32,000 nt of DNA, from positions 600,001 through 632,000 of the forward strand of contig NC_010655.1 of the NCBI RefSeq assembly GCF_000020225.1, given 5' to 3'. Positions within the stretch are counted from its first letter, which is position 1, and each line of letters begins with the position of its first letter. Shown piece by piece: positions 8,887 to 17,111 of the stretch. This DNA is from Akkermansia muciniphila ATCC BAA-835 (lineage in GTDB: Bacteria; Verrucomicrobiota; Verrucomicrobiia; Verrucomicrobiales; Akkermansiaceae). Below the pieces are notes generated by a model that saw only the letters and a program-made list of their open reading frames with translations, was not told where the DNA came from and did no database searches. A program made the position numbers and the translations under genes.

Positions 8887-10914
8887 ATGAAAGCATTCAT
8901 GTTCCCAGCCCTTGTTCTGGCGGCCCTGAACATATGGACTGGCGCCGCCCAGCCCCGGACAACCGCCATTTTACCTGTACCGGGCGAAAAGGCGTGCCGG
9001 CTTCCGCTTCCTCCCTACCAGGCCTTTTGCTGGTTTTCAGCGGACCGCGGCCGCTGGCCCGGAGACGGCAACCGGGTTCTGCCCTGGTTCGGAAGGACGG
9101 CCCCCGGCAACCTGCTGGACAGCAAGCCGAATCCCAGCACCGCCAAACCGGGGGACCATGCCATGTTCGCCCTGTTCCACCTCAAAGACGGCAATTTCAT
9201 GGCCGTGCTCCCCGTCGCCGCCCCTGATTCCCTCGCGTGGCTGAAACTTGAAAGGGACGGAACATTCCTTGTGGAAGCCGGTTCGCTGGGAACTTCCCCC
9301 GCCAAACCGCAGGCCGTCCTGGCCGTCACCGCCACGGACAAAGATATTTACCGCGCCTGTTCCGCCGTATGGGACAAGGCCCTTTCCCTCCCTTTCATCA
9401 AGGGCAGAACCTTGCCCCGGGAAAAGAAAATTTATCCGGAACCGTTCAAGTACCTCGGCTGGTGCAGCTGGGAACAGTATAAAAAGAATATTTCCTCCAA
9501 GCTGCTTGAAGAAACGGCCAGAAAACTGGAGGCATCCCCCGTCCCCGTCCGGTGGATGCTGGTGGACGACGGATTCCAGACCCAGGAAAGGCTTCAGCTG
9601 GTCAGTTTCCAGCCCCGGCAGGATCAATTCCCCCGGGGCTGGCAGCCCCTGATGAAACACAAAAGCCCCAAATTGAAATGGATGGGCCTGTGGCACTGCT
9701 ATTACGGCCTCTGGAACGGCATCCACCCCAGGCACCGTCTGGATGACGAGACTGCCCGCGGTCTGGTCCGTACCGCCAAAGGGAAAATCCTCCCCGGTGA
9801 CGGCTCCGGAGGAGCCGGAGCGTTTTATACCCCCTTCCTGCAATCCGTCAAAGACACCGGATTCGACTTCGTGAAAATTGATGTGCAGGCGGAATACCTG
9901 AAGCATGCGGACGGGCTGGACAACCCGGTCCGCCACAATACCAAGTGCTCGGAAGCCCTGGAACAGGCCTGCCTGAAAACAGGGCTCAGCCTGGTCAACT
10001 GCATGGCGCAGGGTACCGTCAACATTCAGAACACGCGTTACAGCGCGGTCACCCGGTGCAGCATCGACTACAAGCTGGGAGATGAAGCCATGGCCAAATC
10101 CCACATCCTCCAGTCCTACGCCAATACCCTCTGGCTGGGACAGACCGTGTGGCCGGACCATGACATGTTCCATTCCACGGATCCCGCCTGCGCCCGCCTC
10201 ATGGCCGTATCCAAAGCCGTCTCAGGCGGCCCTGTCTATCTTTCAGACCCGGCAGACAAACTTAATCCGGAAAACATCATGCCTCTCGTCTGGTCGGACG
10301 GTCTTCTGCTGCGCCCGCTGGCTCCCGCCGTGCCCCTGCCTGATTCCGTCTTTCCGGATGCTCTGAACGAGAACCGCCTGTACCGGGTAATCGCCCCTTT
10401 ACCCGGTCAAAGCGCCGCCGTGGTGGTGTACAACCTCAAACATCCTTCCCCGGCGGAACCGGTACGGGGGAAAATTTCCCTGGAGGATTATAAAAACGCG
10501 GCGGCTCTGCTGAATGGCAATGCGGCGGAAGCCTACGCCTCTCTCCCGGCGGAGGGCATCGCCGCCTATTCCGCAGAGGGAGGCCGCGCGCTGACTCCGG
10601 CACAGCCGGATCTGGATGTAGAGCTGACGGGATTCAAGGACCGCCTGTTCATCATGGCCCCTATCGTCCAAGGTTGGGCCGTCATCGGAAGGAGGGACAA
10701 ATTTCTCTCTCCCTGCGCCCTGGTTTCCGCTCCGGGGTACAGGGAGAACGGCCTCCGCTTCCGCGTGAAGGAATCCGGGCCTGTCGTCATCTGGCGGGGA
10801 AAAGGCCCGGTCAAAGCGGGAAACACCCCCGTCAGGAATCTGGGGAACGGGTTTTATGAATTGCAATTTCCCGTCTCCGACCACCCCCTGGACATCACTG
10901 TAACAGCGGAATAA
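8887..10914 (+). CDS. Secreted GH36-clan glycosidase of the raffinose-synthase/Sip1-like family (putative alpha-galactosidase-type enzyme)
   Basis: Signal peptide MKAFMFPALVLAALNIWTGAAQ. The family blocks are present in canonical order: GWCSWEQY, VRWMLVDDGFQ, FVKIDVQAEY, VNCMAQ, WPDHDMFHS. Confidence 0.8.
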   Translation: MKAFMFPALVLAALNIWTGAAQPRTTAILPVPGEKACRLPLPPYQAFCWFSADRGRWPGDGNRVLPWFGRTAPGNLLDSKPNPSTAKPGDHAMFALFHLKDGNFMAVLPVAAPDSLAWLKLERDGTFLVEAGSLGTSPAKPQAVLAVTATDKDIYRACSAVWDKALSLPFIKGRTLPREKKIYPEPFKYLGWCSWEQYKKNISSKLLEETARKLEASPVPVRWMLVDDGFQTQERLQLVSFQPRQDQFPRGWQPLMKHKSPKLKWMGLWHCYYGLWNGIHPRHRLDDETARGLVRTAKGKILPGDGSGGAGAFYTPFLQSVKDTGFDFVKIDVQAEYLKHADGLDNPVRHNTKCSEALEQACLKTGLSLVNCMAQGTVNIQNTRYSAVTRCSIDYKLGDEAMAKSHILQSYANTLWLGQTVWPDHDMFHSTDPACARLMAVSKAVSGGPVYLSDPADKLNPENIMPLVWSDGLLLRPLAPAVPLPDSVFPDALNENRLYRVIAPLPGQSAAVVVYNLKHPSPAEPVRGKISLEDYKNAAALLNGNAAEAYASLPAEGIAAYSAEGGRALTPAQPDLDVELTGFKDRLFIMAPIVQGWAVIGRRDKFLSPCALVSAPGYRENGLRFRVKESGPVVIWRGKGPVKAGNTPVRNLGNGFYELQFPVSDHPLDITVTAE

Positions 10915-10953
10915 CTCCGGACATTTCCTCTCATTTTTCCTACTTCGTCTCCC

Positions 10954-11874
10954 ATGAACCCGCTTCATCCCCTCCTTGCTTTCTCTCTGTTGCTTCCGCT
11001 CTGCCGGCATTCCATGGCTTCCGACGCAGCTCCGACTGCCATTCCCGCGCCGAAGCCCGAGGCCCCAAGGCAGGCAATTGAACAATTCCTGGGGCTTACC
11101 GCCATCTGGATGCTGGAAATGGAATGGACCCACGCCTATGCCAATAAAACGCCCAAGGCGGAGGATTTCCGGAATGCCATGCTGGCGGCGGGCCTTCAGC
11201 AATGCCCCGCGGACTTTCAGGAAGCATGGCTGCGGCAAACGGCCAGGCCGGGCCGCAATTACGCGGCTCCCGTCCTGCGCAAGTACGGCGTCAGGCTGAA
11301 AGACCTCAGGGAAAGGCTCCAGGGCAAACTGTTCAAAATCAACCCTCGGGTGCATCCGCCCATTCCCCTTTACGACGAAGATGAACAAATTCCACGCATG
11401 GATCCGCGCACATGCGGAGACCCCAAGGCTATCCTGGAAGCCCTGGCCGCCCTGCGCGCCCAGATCATGGGCCTCACCCCGGGCCAGCTGGCCCGGGCCA
11501 GACAGTCCATTGAACGGGTTATGCTGGAATTCACGCTGGCGTACATGGAAACCGCCATCTGCATGGATACTGCGGGCATCCGGGAAAGCCAGGTCAGGGA
11601 ACTGTTCGCCTCCATCAGAACAGAAGGATGCCCGGAAGACTTCCGGCGCGCCTGGCAGCACGACCTGCCTTTCTTTCTCAAAGGCCGCTTCACGGGACTG
11701 GAACTGACTCTCTCTGCCGTCTGTAAAAAATACGGCGCCGACGAGCAGGAACTCTTTCTCAAGGTGCGACGGAAAATGAAGGAATGGGATATCCAGCCGC
11801 CTACGCCGCAGACGCAGGACGCCTTCCGCCGGGACATGCGGGAAATCCGGGAAAACATGCTGGGAGGCAGATAG
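10954..11874 (+). CDS. Secreted hypothetical protein built from two copies of a roughly 90-aa Cys-containing module
   Basis: Signal-like N-terminus MNPLHPLLAFSLLLPLC. The composition is balanced, whereas the overlapping 545-aa minus-strand ORF is R/G/P-rich. There is an internal repeat: ...CPADFQEAWL...VLRKYGV... versus ...CPEDFRRAWQ...VCKKYGA... The gene starts 39 bp downstream of the GH36-like gene. Confidence 0.65.
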   Translation: MNPLHPLLAFSLLLPLCRHSMASDAAPTAIPAPKPEAPRQAIEQFLGLTAIWMLEMEWTHAYANKTPKAEDFRNAMLAAGLQQCPADFQEAWLRQTARPGRNYAAPVLRKYGVRLKDLRERLQGKLFKINPRVHPPIPLYDEDEQIPRMDPRTCGDPKAILEALAALRAQIMGLTPGQLARARQSIERVMLEFTLAYMETAICMDTAGIRESQVRELFASIRTEGCPEDFRRAWQHDLPFFLKGRFTGLELTLSAVCKKYGADEQELFLKVRRKMKEWDIQPPTPQTQDAFRRDMREIRENMLGGR

Positions 11875-11932
11875 GAAACAGCCTTTTTGCATGCAACGCC
11901 TTCCGGGAACCTTCCCGGATATCAGGCCAAGG

Positions 11933-12808
11933 TCACCCCAGCAGCCCGGTGTCCATTCCTTCGTTATATTCCCAAATTCCCTGCTCCACCATAAACGCGC
12001 TCCAGCTATTGAGCAGTTGTTCAAAATAGGCGGCATTCACATTGAAATGGTAAAATGTGTGGTCCGCCACGTCCAGAAGTTCAAATCGGGAACGGTTCTT
12101 CTTTTTTCTCCACAGCTCCGCCAGCCTCTCGCTGTTGCGCCACGGCAGAAGCCTGTCCCTTCCTCCATGACTCGCAAACAGGGGAGGCAGCCCCCTCTGC
12201 ACGCGCCGCAGGGGGTTGACGGCATCCCTCTGGTCCGGAGGCATCATGCCGCCCAGCTTAAAAGCGGATTGCGCCGTCAGGTCGCACACGCCTCGGAACA
12301 GGGCCACGGCGGCGGGGCCGGGAGGAAGGGGAGCCTTTTTGCGGAACAGGGACCAGCGGGCGGGATGATCCGGAAGGGCCACATGCAGAGCCATCAGCCC
12401 TCCGGCATCACTTCCCGCCACAGTAATGCGGGCCGGGTCCAGCCCCAGCAGAGCGGCGTTCCCATGCAGCCAGGCCCAGGCTTCCCTGCCCTCTTCCAGA
12501 ATGTCCATCGGCTCCACTTCATAATCGCCGCGTGTGCGGAACATGGGTATAATGCCTGCAATACCCTGCTGGGCAAGATGGAGCGCCCACGGCACAAAAT
12601 CCCCCAGGCTCTTGCCCACCCACATGCCGCCGTGGAAAAAGAGCACGGAAGGAGCGGCGGCTTCCGCCCGGTGGCCGGGGGGAAAAAAGACATACGCCAT
12701 CAGCTCCTCTCCGTCTGAAAACCGCCTCCACACAAAGCCGGGCTGTTCCCGCAACAGTTTCCTGTACCGGGCTTCCGCCAAATGATCGGCTTCCGTGAAC
12801 AATTCCAT
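11933..12808 (-). CDS. Alpha/beta-hydrolase (esterase/lipase, fold-3/HSL-like), 291 aa
   Basis: Oxyanion-hole block VLFFHGGMW, nucleophile elbow ITVAGSDAGGLMAL, distal GGRDRLL and DVADHTF blocks. The start was chosen at MELFTEADH (cat at 12806-12808), because the longer ORF would overlap the divergent gene starting at 12874. Confidence 0.8.
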   Translation of the reverse strand: MELFTEADHLAEARYRKLLREQPGFVWRRFSDGEELMAYVFFPPGHRAEAAAPSVLFFHGGMWVGKSLGDFVPWALHLAQQGIAGIIPMFRTRGDYEVEPMDILEEGREAWAWLHGNAALLGLDPARITVAGSDAGGLMALHVALPDHPARWSLFRKKAPLPPGPAAVALFRGVCDLTAQSAFKLGGMMPPDQRDAVNPLRRVQRGLPPLFASHGGRDRLLPWRNSERLAELWRKKKNRSRFELLDVADHTFYHFNVNAAYFEQLLNSWSAFMVEQGIWEYNEGMDTGLLG

Positions 12809-12873
12809 AAGAACGGCTTCATGATGCAATTGTGTTGCACTCCGCGCAAGTTTGATGTCTAAATAATCGTGTA

Positions 12874-13806
12874 ATGACTTTCCGTTCCATTTTCTCCCTG
12901 GCCTGCTGCGCCGCAGCCCTTCTTTCTCCCGCTTCCGCAGCCCCCCGCCCCGGAGACGCCAAACTGAGAGACGACCTGGACGTGGCTTATAATACATGGC
13001 GTCTGCATCTGCTGCGCGGCAATTATGACGGCTGGAGATCCACAACCTCCGCCTACCGCCAGGTGAAAGTGCGCAATCTGGCCGTCTCGGAAAAACGCCC
13101 CTTTCCCGCTTCCCTGTTCCGGCAGCCCATGGCACCTCCTGCGCTCGCTCCGCTGATGTACGTAGGTTCCGTCGTAAACGGCCCCACGGCCGCAGCCACC
13201 TACTACGGCAAGGTGGATCTGGGGCTGGGCCAGGAACCCACGGATTCGAACGCCCTGGTGCTGCTGTTCACTCATGAAAACGGCAAATGGAAATATGACC
13301 AGGCGCGCTTTTTCAACCTCACCCGCCTGCCCGCCGTCAAAGAACGCCTCAAACGCGGAGACGCCTCCGTGCTGATGGAGCAGGACGGGTTCCAGCCCCT
13401 TGGGAAAATTCCCGCCGTGCCGCCTGTCTGCCCGCCGCCCAAATACATCGCAAAAATTCTGGTGGACTGTCCCGGCCGCACCGTCCAGGCGAACGTAAAC
13501 AATATTTCCCTGCATGAATTTGACAACACCCGCCTGGCGGAAGTCATTTCCGGAGGACTGAGGGACGGGACCAACTCACTCACACTGAACTTTTCCGACA
13601 GCCCGAACGGCAAAAAAGGCGCCGTACTCGTGGAAGTGTACATCATGCCGGAAATCCCGGGCCACCTGCCCGCCAGGGCTTTTTCCTACTTCGTCCCCCC
13701 CCAGGCGCAACCCAAAAGCGGCCCTGTGCTGATTAACGTCACTCCGGAATTGCTGAAGACCATGGAACCGAAGAATTCTTCCCCGAAGGCAGCCGCCGGC
13801 AAATAA
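12874..13806 (+). CDS. Secreted hypothetical protein, 310 aa
   Basis: Signal peptide MTFRSIFSLACCAAALLSPASA|AP. It is a long frame with ordinary composition. It is the first gene of a co-directional run of four genes (12874-16205) that ends at the terminator at 16230. Confidence 0.7.
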   Translation: MTFRSIFSLACCAAALLSPASAAPRPGDAKLRDDLDVAYNTWRLHLLRGNYDGWRSTTSAYRQVKVRNLAVSEKRPFPASLFRQPMAPPALAPLMYVGSVVNGPTAAATYYGKVDLGLGQEPTDSNALVLLFTHENGKWKYDQARFFNLTRLPAVKERLKRGDASVLMEQDGFQPLGKIPAVPPVCPPPKYIAKILVDCPGRTVQANVNNISLHEFDNTRLAEVISGGLRDGTNSLTLNFSDSPNGKKGAVLVEVYIMPEIPGHLPARAFSYFVPPQAQPKSGPVLINVTPELLKTMEPKNSSPKAAAGK

Positions 13807-13854
13807 AATCGTCATTCTTCAACGTTTCCGTTGCGGGCCCGGTCATACCGCCAT

Positions 13855-14403
13855 ATGACAACTCAACCTCAAGTCAGCAGCTCCGCGGTATCCGGCAACT
13901 CATGGTGGATGGGAATCCTTGGCGTCATCGAGCTATTTCTTGGCTTCATCGCCCTGGCCTCTCCCTGGATCGTCGGAGCCAGCTTCATTTGGGTAATCGG
14001 CATCATGCTGATGGTTCTGGCCGTCGTCCGGCTGATCCAGGTCTTCACCGTCCCTTCCTCCCGTGGGTGGAACCTGGTGACGGCCATCCTGTACGGCATC
14101 GCCGGCTGGTTTCTGTTCCGGGACCCCAATATTTCCCTGGCTATCACCACGCTCATCATCGGGTGGGGCCTGGTTATTGCCGCCGTATTTCAGGGAGCCA
14201 TCTGGCTTCAAACCCGTTCCCTGCCTGCCAGCGGGTGGCGGCTGTTCAACGTGATCATCACGCTGATCCTGGGCCTCATGGTCATCTTCGGCTGGCCTGA
14301 ATCCACGGCCTGGTTCGTAGGTACTCTGATCGCAGTGGAACTGATCTTCTCCGGGTGGACGCTGCTCCTGTATGCATTCAGCGGCAATTCCGCCCGCCGT
14401 TAA
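13855..14403 (+). CDS. HdeD-family (DUF308) membrane protein
   Basis: ATG at 13855 (MTTQPQV); the track start at 13831 is a TTG. It has repeated pairs of TM helices with the DUF308-like pattern WWMGILGVIELFLGFIALASPWIVGASFIWVIGIMLMVLAVVRLIQVF. Confidence 0.7.
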   Translation: MTTQPQVSSSAVSGNSWWMGILGVIELFLGFIALASPWIVGASFIWVIGIMLMVLAVVRLIQVFTVPSSRGWNLVTAILYGIAGWFLFRDPNISLAITTLIIGWGLVIAAVFQGAIWLQTRSLPASGWRLFNVIITLILGLMVIFGWPESTAWFVGTLIAVELIFSGWTLLLYAFSGNSARR

Positions 14404-14417
14404 TCCCAGTGACAACA

Positions 14418-15197
14418 ATGACCCTCACCCAGGAAGAAACCGAACGGTACGCCAGGCATCTTTCCCTTCCGGAACTGGGAGAACAGGGCCAATACAAACT
14501 CAAACGGGCGCATGTCGCCCTGACGGGCCTCGGGGGGCTTGGCTCCCCGGCGGCCCTTTATCTTGCTGCCGCAGGCGTGGGGCGCCTGACCCTGATTGAC
14601 CCGGACGAGGTGTGTCTTTCCAACCTCCAGCGGCAAATCCTGCATGCCACGGATGCGGCGGGAACGGCTAAAACCGCCAGCGCCGCCAGACGCCTGTACG
14701 CCCTGAACCCCTCCGTACGCATCAACACGGTCCACAGGCGCCTTACGCCGGAAAATGCCGTTTCCCTGCTGGAAGGGTGCGACCTGGTTCTGGACGCTTC
14801 AGACAATTACGCGGCACGCTTCGCCATGGCGGATGCCGCCTGCACCCTGCGCATTCCGCTGGTGTACGGCGCCGTGAAGGGCTTTATCGGGCAGGTGGCC
14901 GTTTTCGCCCCCCATCAGGGAACCGCCTGTTACCGCTGCCTCTTCCCGGCAGATACGCCCATGCAGGAAAAAGACACCGCCTCCGCCGCAGGCATTCTGG
15001 GTGCGCATGCGGGCATCATCGGCTGCATCCAGGCCATGGAAGCCCTGAAATATCTTGCGGGCATTCCCTCTCCGCTGGTGGGCGCCATGCTCTCTGCGGA
15101 CACGCGGCGCATGCGCTTCACCACCATCCCTCTGGCGCCTAATCCCGCGTGCAGATGCCGGACTAACGAGGGGTGCGGAGCCGCAATGAAAAATTGA
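14418..15197 (+). CDS. ThiF/MoeB/HesA-family E1-like adenylyltransferase, 259 aa, no rhodanese domain
   Basis: MTLTQEETERYARHLSLPELGEQGQYKLKRAHVALTGLGGLGSPAALYLAAAGVGRLTLIDPDEVCLSNLQRQILH, with a Rossmann GxGxxG motif and an RQ motif. Zinc-type cysteines are present (CYRC and CRC). I cannot assign thiF versus moeB from sequence alone. Confidence 0.85.
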   Translation: MTLTQEETERYARHLSLPELGEQGQYKLKRAHVALTGLGGLGSPAALYLAAAGVGRLTLIDPDEVCLSNLQRQILHATDAAGTAKTASAARRLYALNPSVRINTVHRRLTPENAVSLLEGCDLVLDASDNYAARFAMADAACTLRIPLVYGAVKGFIGQVAVFAPHQGTACYRCLFPADTPMQEKDTASAAGILGAHAGIIGCIQAMEALKYLAGIPSPLVGAMLSADTRRMRFTTIPLAPNPACRCRTNEGCGAAMKN

Positions 15198-15233
15198 CGG
15201 CGACGGCGGCATCTGGCATCATTTCCGGCAGGT

Positions 15234-16205
15234 ATGAATCATTTAACACGCGCCAAATCCGTTTTTGAAATGGAGATTGAAGAGCTGCGCGGCGTCCTGT
15301 CCCGGCTGGACGACAATTTCAACAAGGCTGTGGACCTCATGTCCCAGGCTCTGGACCGCGGCAACAAGATCGTCATTGTAGGCGTAGGCAAATCCGGCAA
15401 CATCGGGGCCAAGATCGTCGCTACCCTGAACTCTACGGGAACGCCCACCGTTTTGCTGGATTCCCTGAACGCCCTGCACGGGGATCTGGGCATCGTCCAG
15501 GACGGGGACGTCTGCATTGCCATGTCTTTCTCCGGAGAAACTTCGGAGCTGCTGACCCTGCTCCCCTTCATCAAGCGTTTTGAACTGCCCATCATTTCCA
15601 TGACGGGCAACACGGGCTCATCCCTGGCCAAATACTCGGATATCGTTCTGGACACAGGCGTTTCCCGGGAAGCCTGCCCGCTGAACCTGGCCCCTACTTC
15701 CAGCACCACGGCCATGCTGGTCATGGGAGACGCCCTCGCCATGGCCCTGGTGGAAGCGCGCCACTTCACCGCGCGGGACTTCGCCAAACGCCACCCCGGC
15801 GGTTCGCTGGGGCGTGCCCTGCTCACCCGGGTGAGCGATATCATGCGCCGTGGAGAAGAAATGGCCATGCTTCCGGAAACCGCCTCCGTGAACGACTGCC
15901 TGAAGGCGATGACCACAGCCCACGCCGGTGCCTGCGTCCTGCTGACGGAGGACCGCAAGCTGGCCGGCATCTTCACCCACGGAGACTTTGTCCGGGCATA
16001 CGGGGCGAACCCTCTCATCGGAGAACAGCCCGTCAGCGGGTTCATGACCCGCAATCCCATTTATGTCATGGAAGACGACCTGGCCGCTGAAGCGGCGAAA
16101 GCCGTGAGCAACCGCCACATTGACGATCTGGTGGTGCTCAACGCGGAAATGGCCCCCGTGGGCATCATTGACCTCCAGGACCTTGCCAGGCTGAAACTGG
16201 TTTAA
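15234..16205 (+). CDS. kdsD: Arabinose-5-phosphate isomerase (KpsF/GutQ/KdsD family: SIS domain plus tandem CBS)
   Basis: SIS blocks IVIVGVGKSGNIGAKIVATLNSTGTP and AMSFSGETSEL, then PTSSTTAMLVMGDALA. The C-terminal CBS pair includes VLLTEDRKLAGIFTHGDF and DDLVVLNAEMAPVGIIDLQDL. Confidence 0.9.
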   Translation: MNHLTRAKSVFEMEIEELRGVLSRLDDNFNKAVDLMSQALDRGNKIVIVGVGKSGNIGAKIVATLNSTGTPTVLLDSLNALHGDLGIVQDGDVCIAMSFSGETSELLTLLPFIKRFELPIISMTGNTGSSLAKYSDIVLDTGVSREACPLNLAPTSSTTAMLVMGDALAMALVEARHFTARDFAKRHPGGSLGRALLTRVSDIMRRGEEMAMLPETASVNDCLKAMTTAHAGACVLLTEDRKLAGIFTHGDFVRAYGANPLIGEQPVSGFMTRNPIYVMEDDLAAEAAKAVSNRHIDDLVVLNAEMAPVGIIDLQDLARLKLV

Positions 16206-16229
16206 ACCCTCCCTTTCCCATTCTTTCCA

Positions 16230-16275
16230 GGCATCCGTGATTCAAAAGTAACAAATCAATCACGGATGCCTTTTT
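16230..16275 (+). terminator. Rho-independent terminator after kdsD
   Basis: A 13-bp perfect stem, ggcatccgtgatt (16230-16242) / aatcacggatgcc (16258-16270), with a 15-nt loop, followed by TTTTT (16271-16275). Confidence 0.8.
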
Positions 16276-16319
16276 CATTGAACAGAAGCTTCCGTTTCCA
16301 CAATCTTGTTTTCATAAAC

Positions 16320-17105
16320 ATGTTCCTGAAATTTACCATCGCCCTGCTTGCCTGCACCTGGGGCTTTTCCTGCGCACAGGACATCTCCGGCCCGGAGGAA
16401 GATACCAATGCCCCCGCTGCCGAGGAAGCCACGCGGGAAGTCCCTCTTCCGGACGGGAAAACGGTTCCCAAATTTGAACCCCTGGATGAGCACCGCATCA
16501 AAATCGGCAATGTGATTGTCAACCATAAGGAGCGCACCGTCAGTTTTCAGGCTCAAGTCAACATGAAGGAAGGAATTCTGGAATACGTCTGCTGCATGCC
16601 CAACGGCAAGCTGCATGAATCCCTGTTGGTGACGGAGGCGGATCCCCTGCACATCAGCCTGGGAATGACGCTGCTCAAATTCCACCGCTTTGAAAAATTC
16701 TTCCCGGTGCGGGATGAAAATTTTGAATGGCTTCCCTTCACGGAACCCAAGCCGGAGGACTACGCAGACTCCTACGTGCAGATTGTCATGACCTATACGG
16801 AAAACGGCAGGGAACAGAAGAGCGATTTTTCCGACATCGTCGTGAATTCACAAACGCGGAAGGGACTGAATCCCAGCGACTGGCTTTACACCAATTCCTT
16901 CTTTTACGAAGGCGCCTACCAGGCCAGCCTGAGCGGAGAAGTAATCTCCATCTTCGCCAGCCGCACCTCCCCCATCAATTACATCGGAGACTTCCATGAC
17001 GGCGTCAACGATACAGGCTGGATCGTCAACCCCCAAAAAAACCTGCCTCTGGGCACAAACGTCACTGTCACCATTTCCCAGAAACCGGTTCAACCCAAGC
17101 AATAG
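16320..17105 (+). CDS. Secreted hypothetical protein, 261 aa
   Basis: ATG at 16320 gives the signal peptide MFLKFTIALLACTWGFSCAQ. The track start at 16266 lies inside the upstream terminator stem. Its stop codon is 6 nt before the next ATG, so it is probably co-transcribed. I have a faint recollection of YdjY-like proteins, but I cannot verify that. Confidence 0.7.
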   Translation: MFLKFTIALLACTWGFSCAQDISGPEEDTNAPAAEEATREVPLPDGKTVPKFEPLDEHRIKIGNVIVNHKERTVSFQAQVNMKEGILEYVCCMPNGKLHESLLVTEADPLHISLGMTLLKFHRFEKFFPVRDENFEWLPFTEPKPEDYADSYVQIVMTYTENGREQKSDFSDIVVNSQTRKGLNPSDWLYTNSFFYEGAYQASLSGEVISIFASRTSPINYIGDFHDGVNDTGWIVNPQKNLPLGTNVTVTISQKPVQPKQ

Positions 17106-17111
17106 CATCCT

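Noticed and set aside
11901-11918. A 6-bp hairpin (tccggg/cccgga) in the 58-bp convergent gap, considered as a bidirectional terminator.
   Set aside because: The stem is short and there is no U-tract on either strand, which is too weak to annotate.
13221-13262. A TTCGAAT (T-loop-like) heptamer on the minus strand, suggesting a tRNA.
   Set aside because: The flanking bases cannot form a 5-bp T-stem (gggcg / ccgtg). No acceptor or anticodon arms are present, and it lies inside a well-supported CDS.
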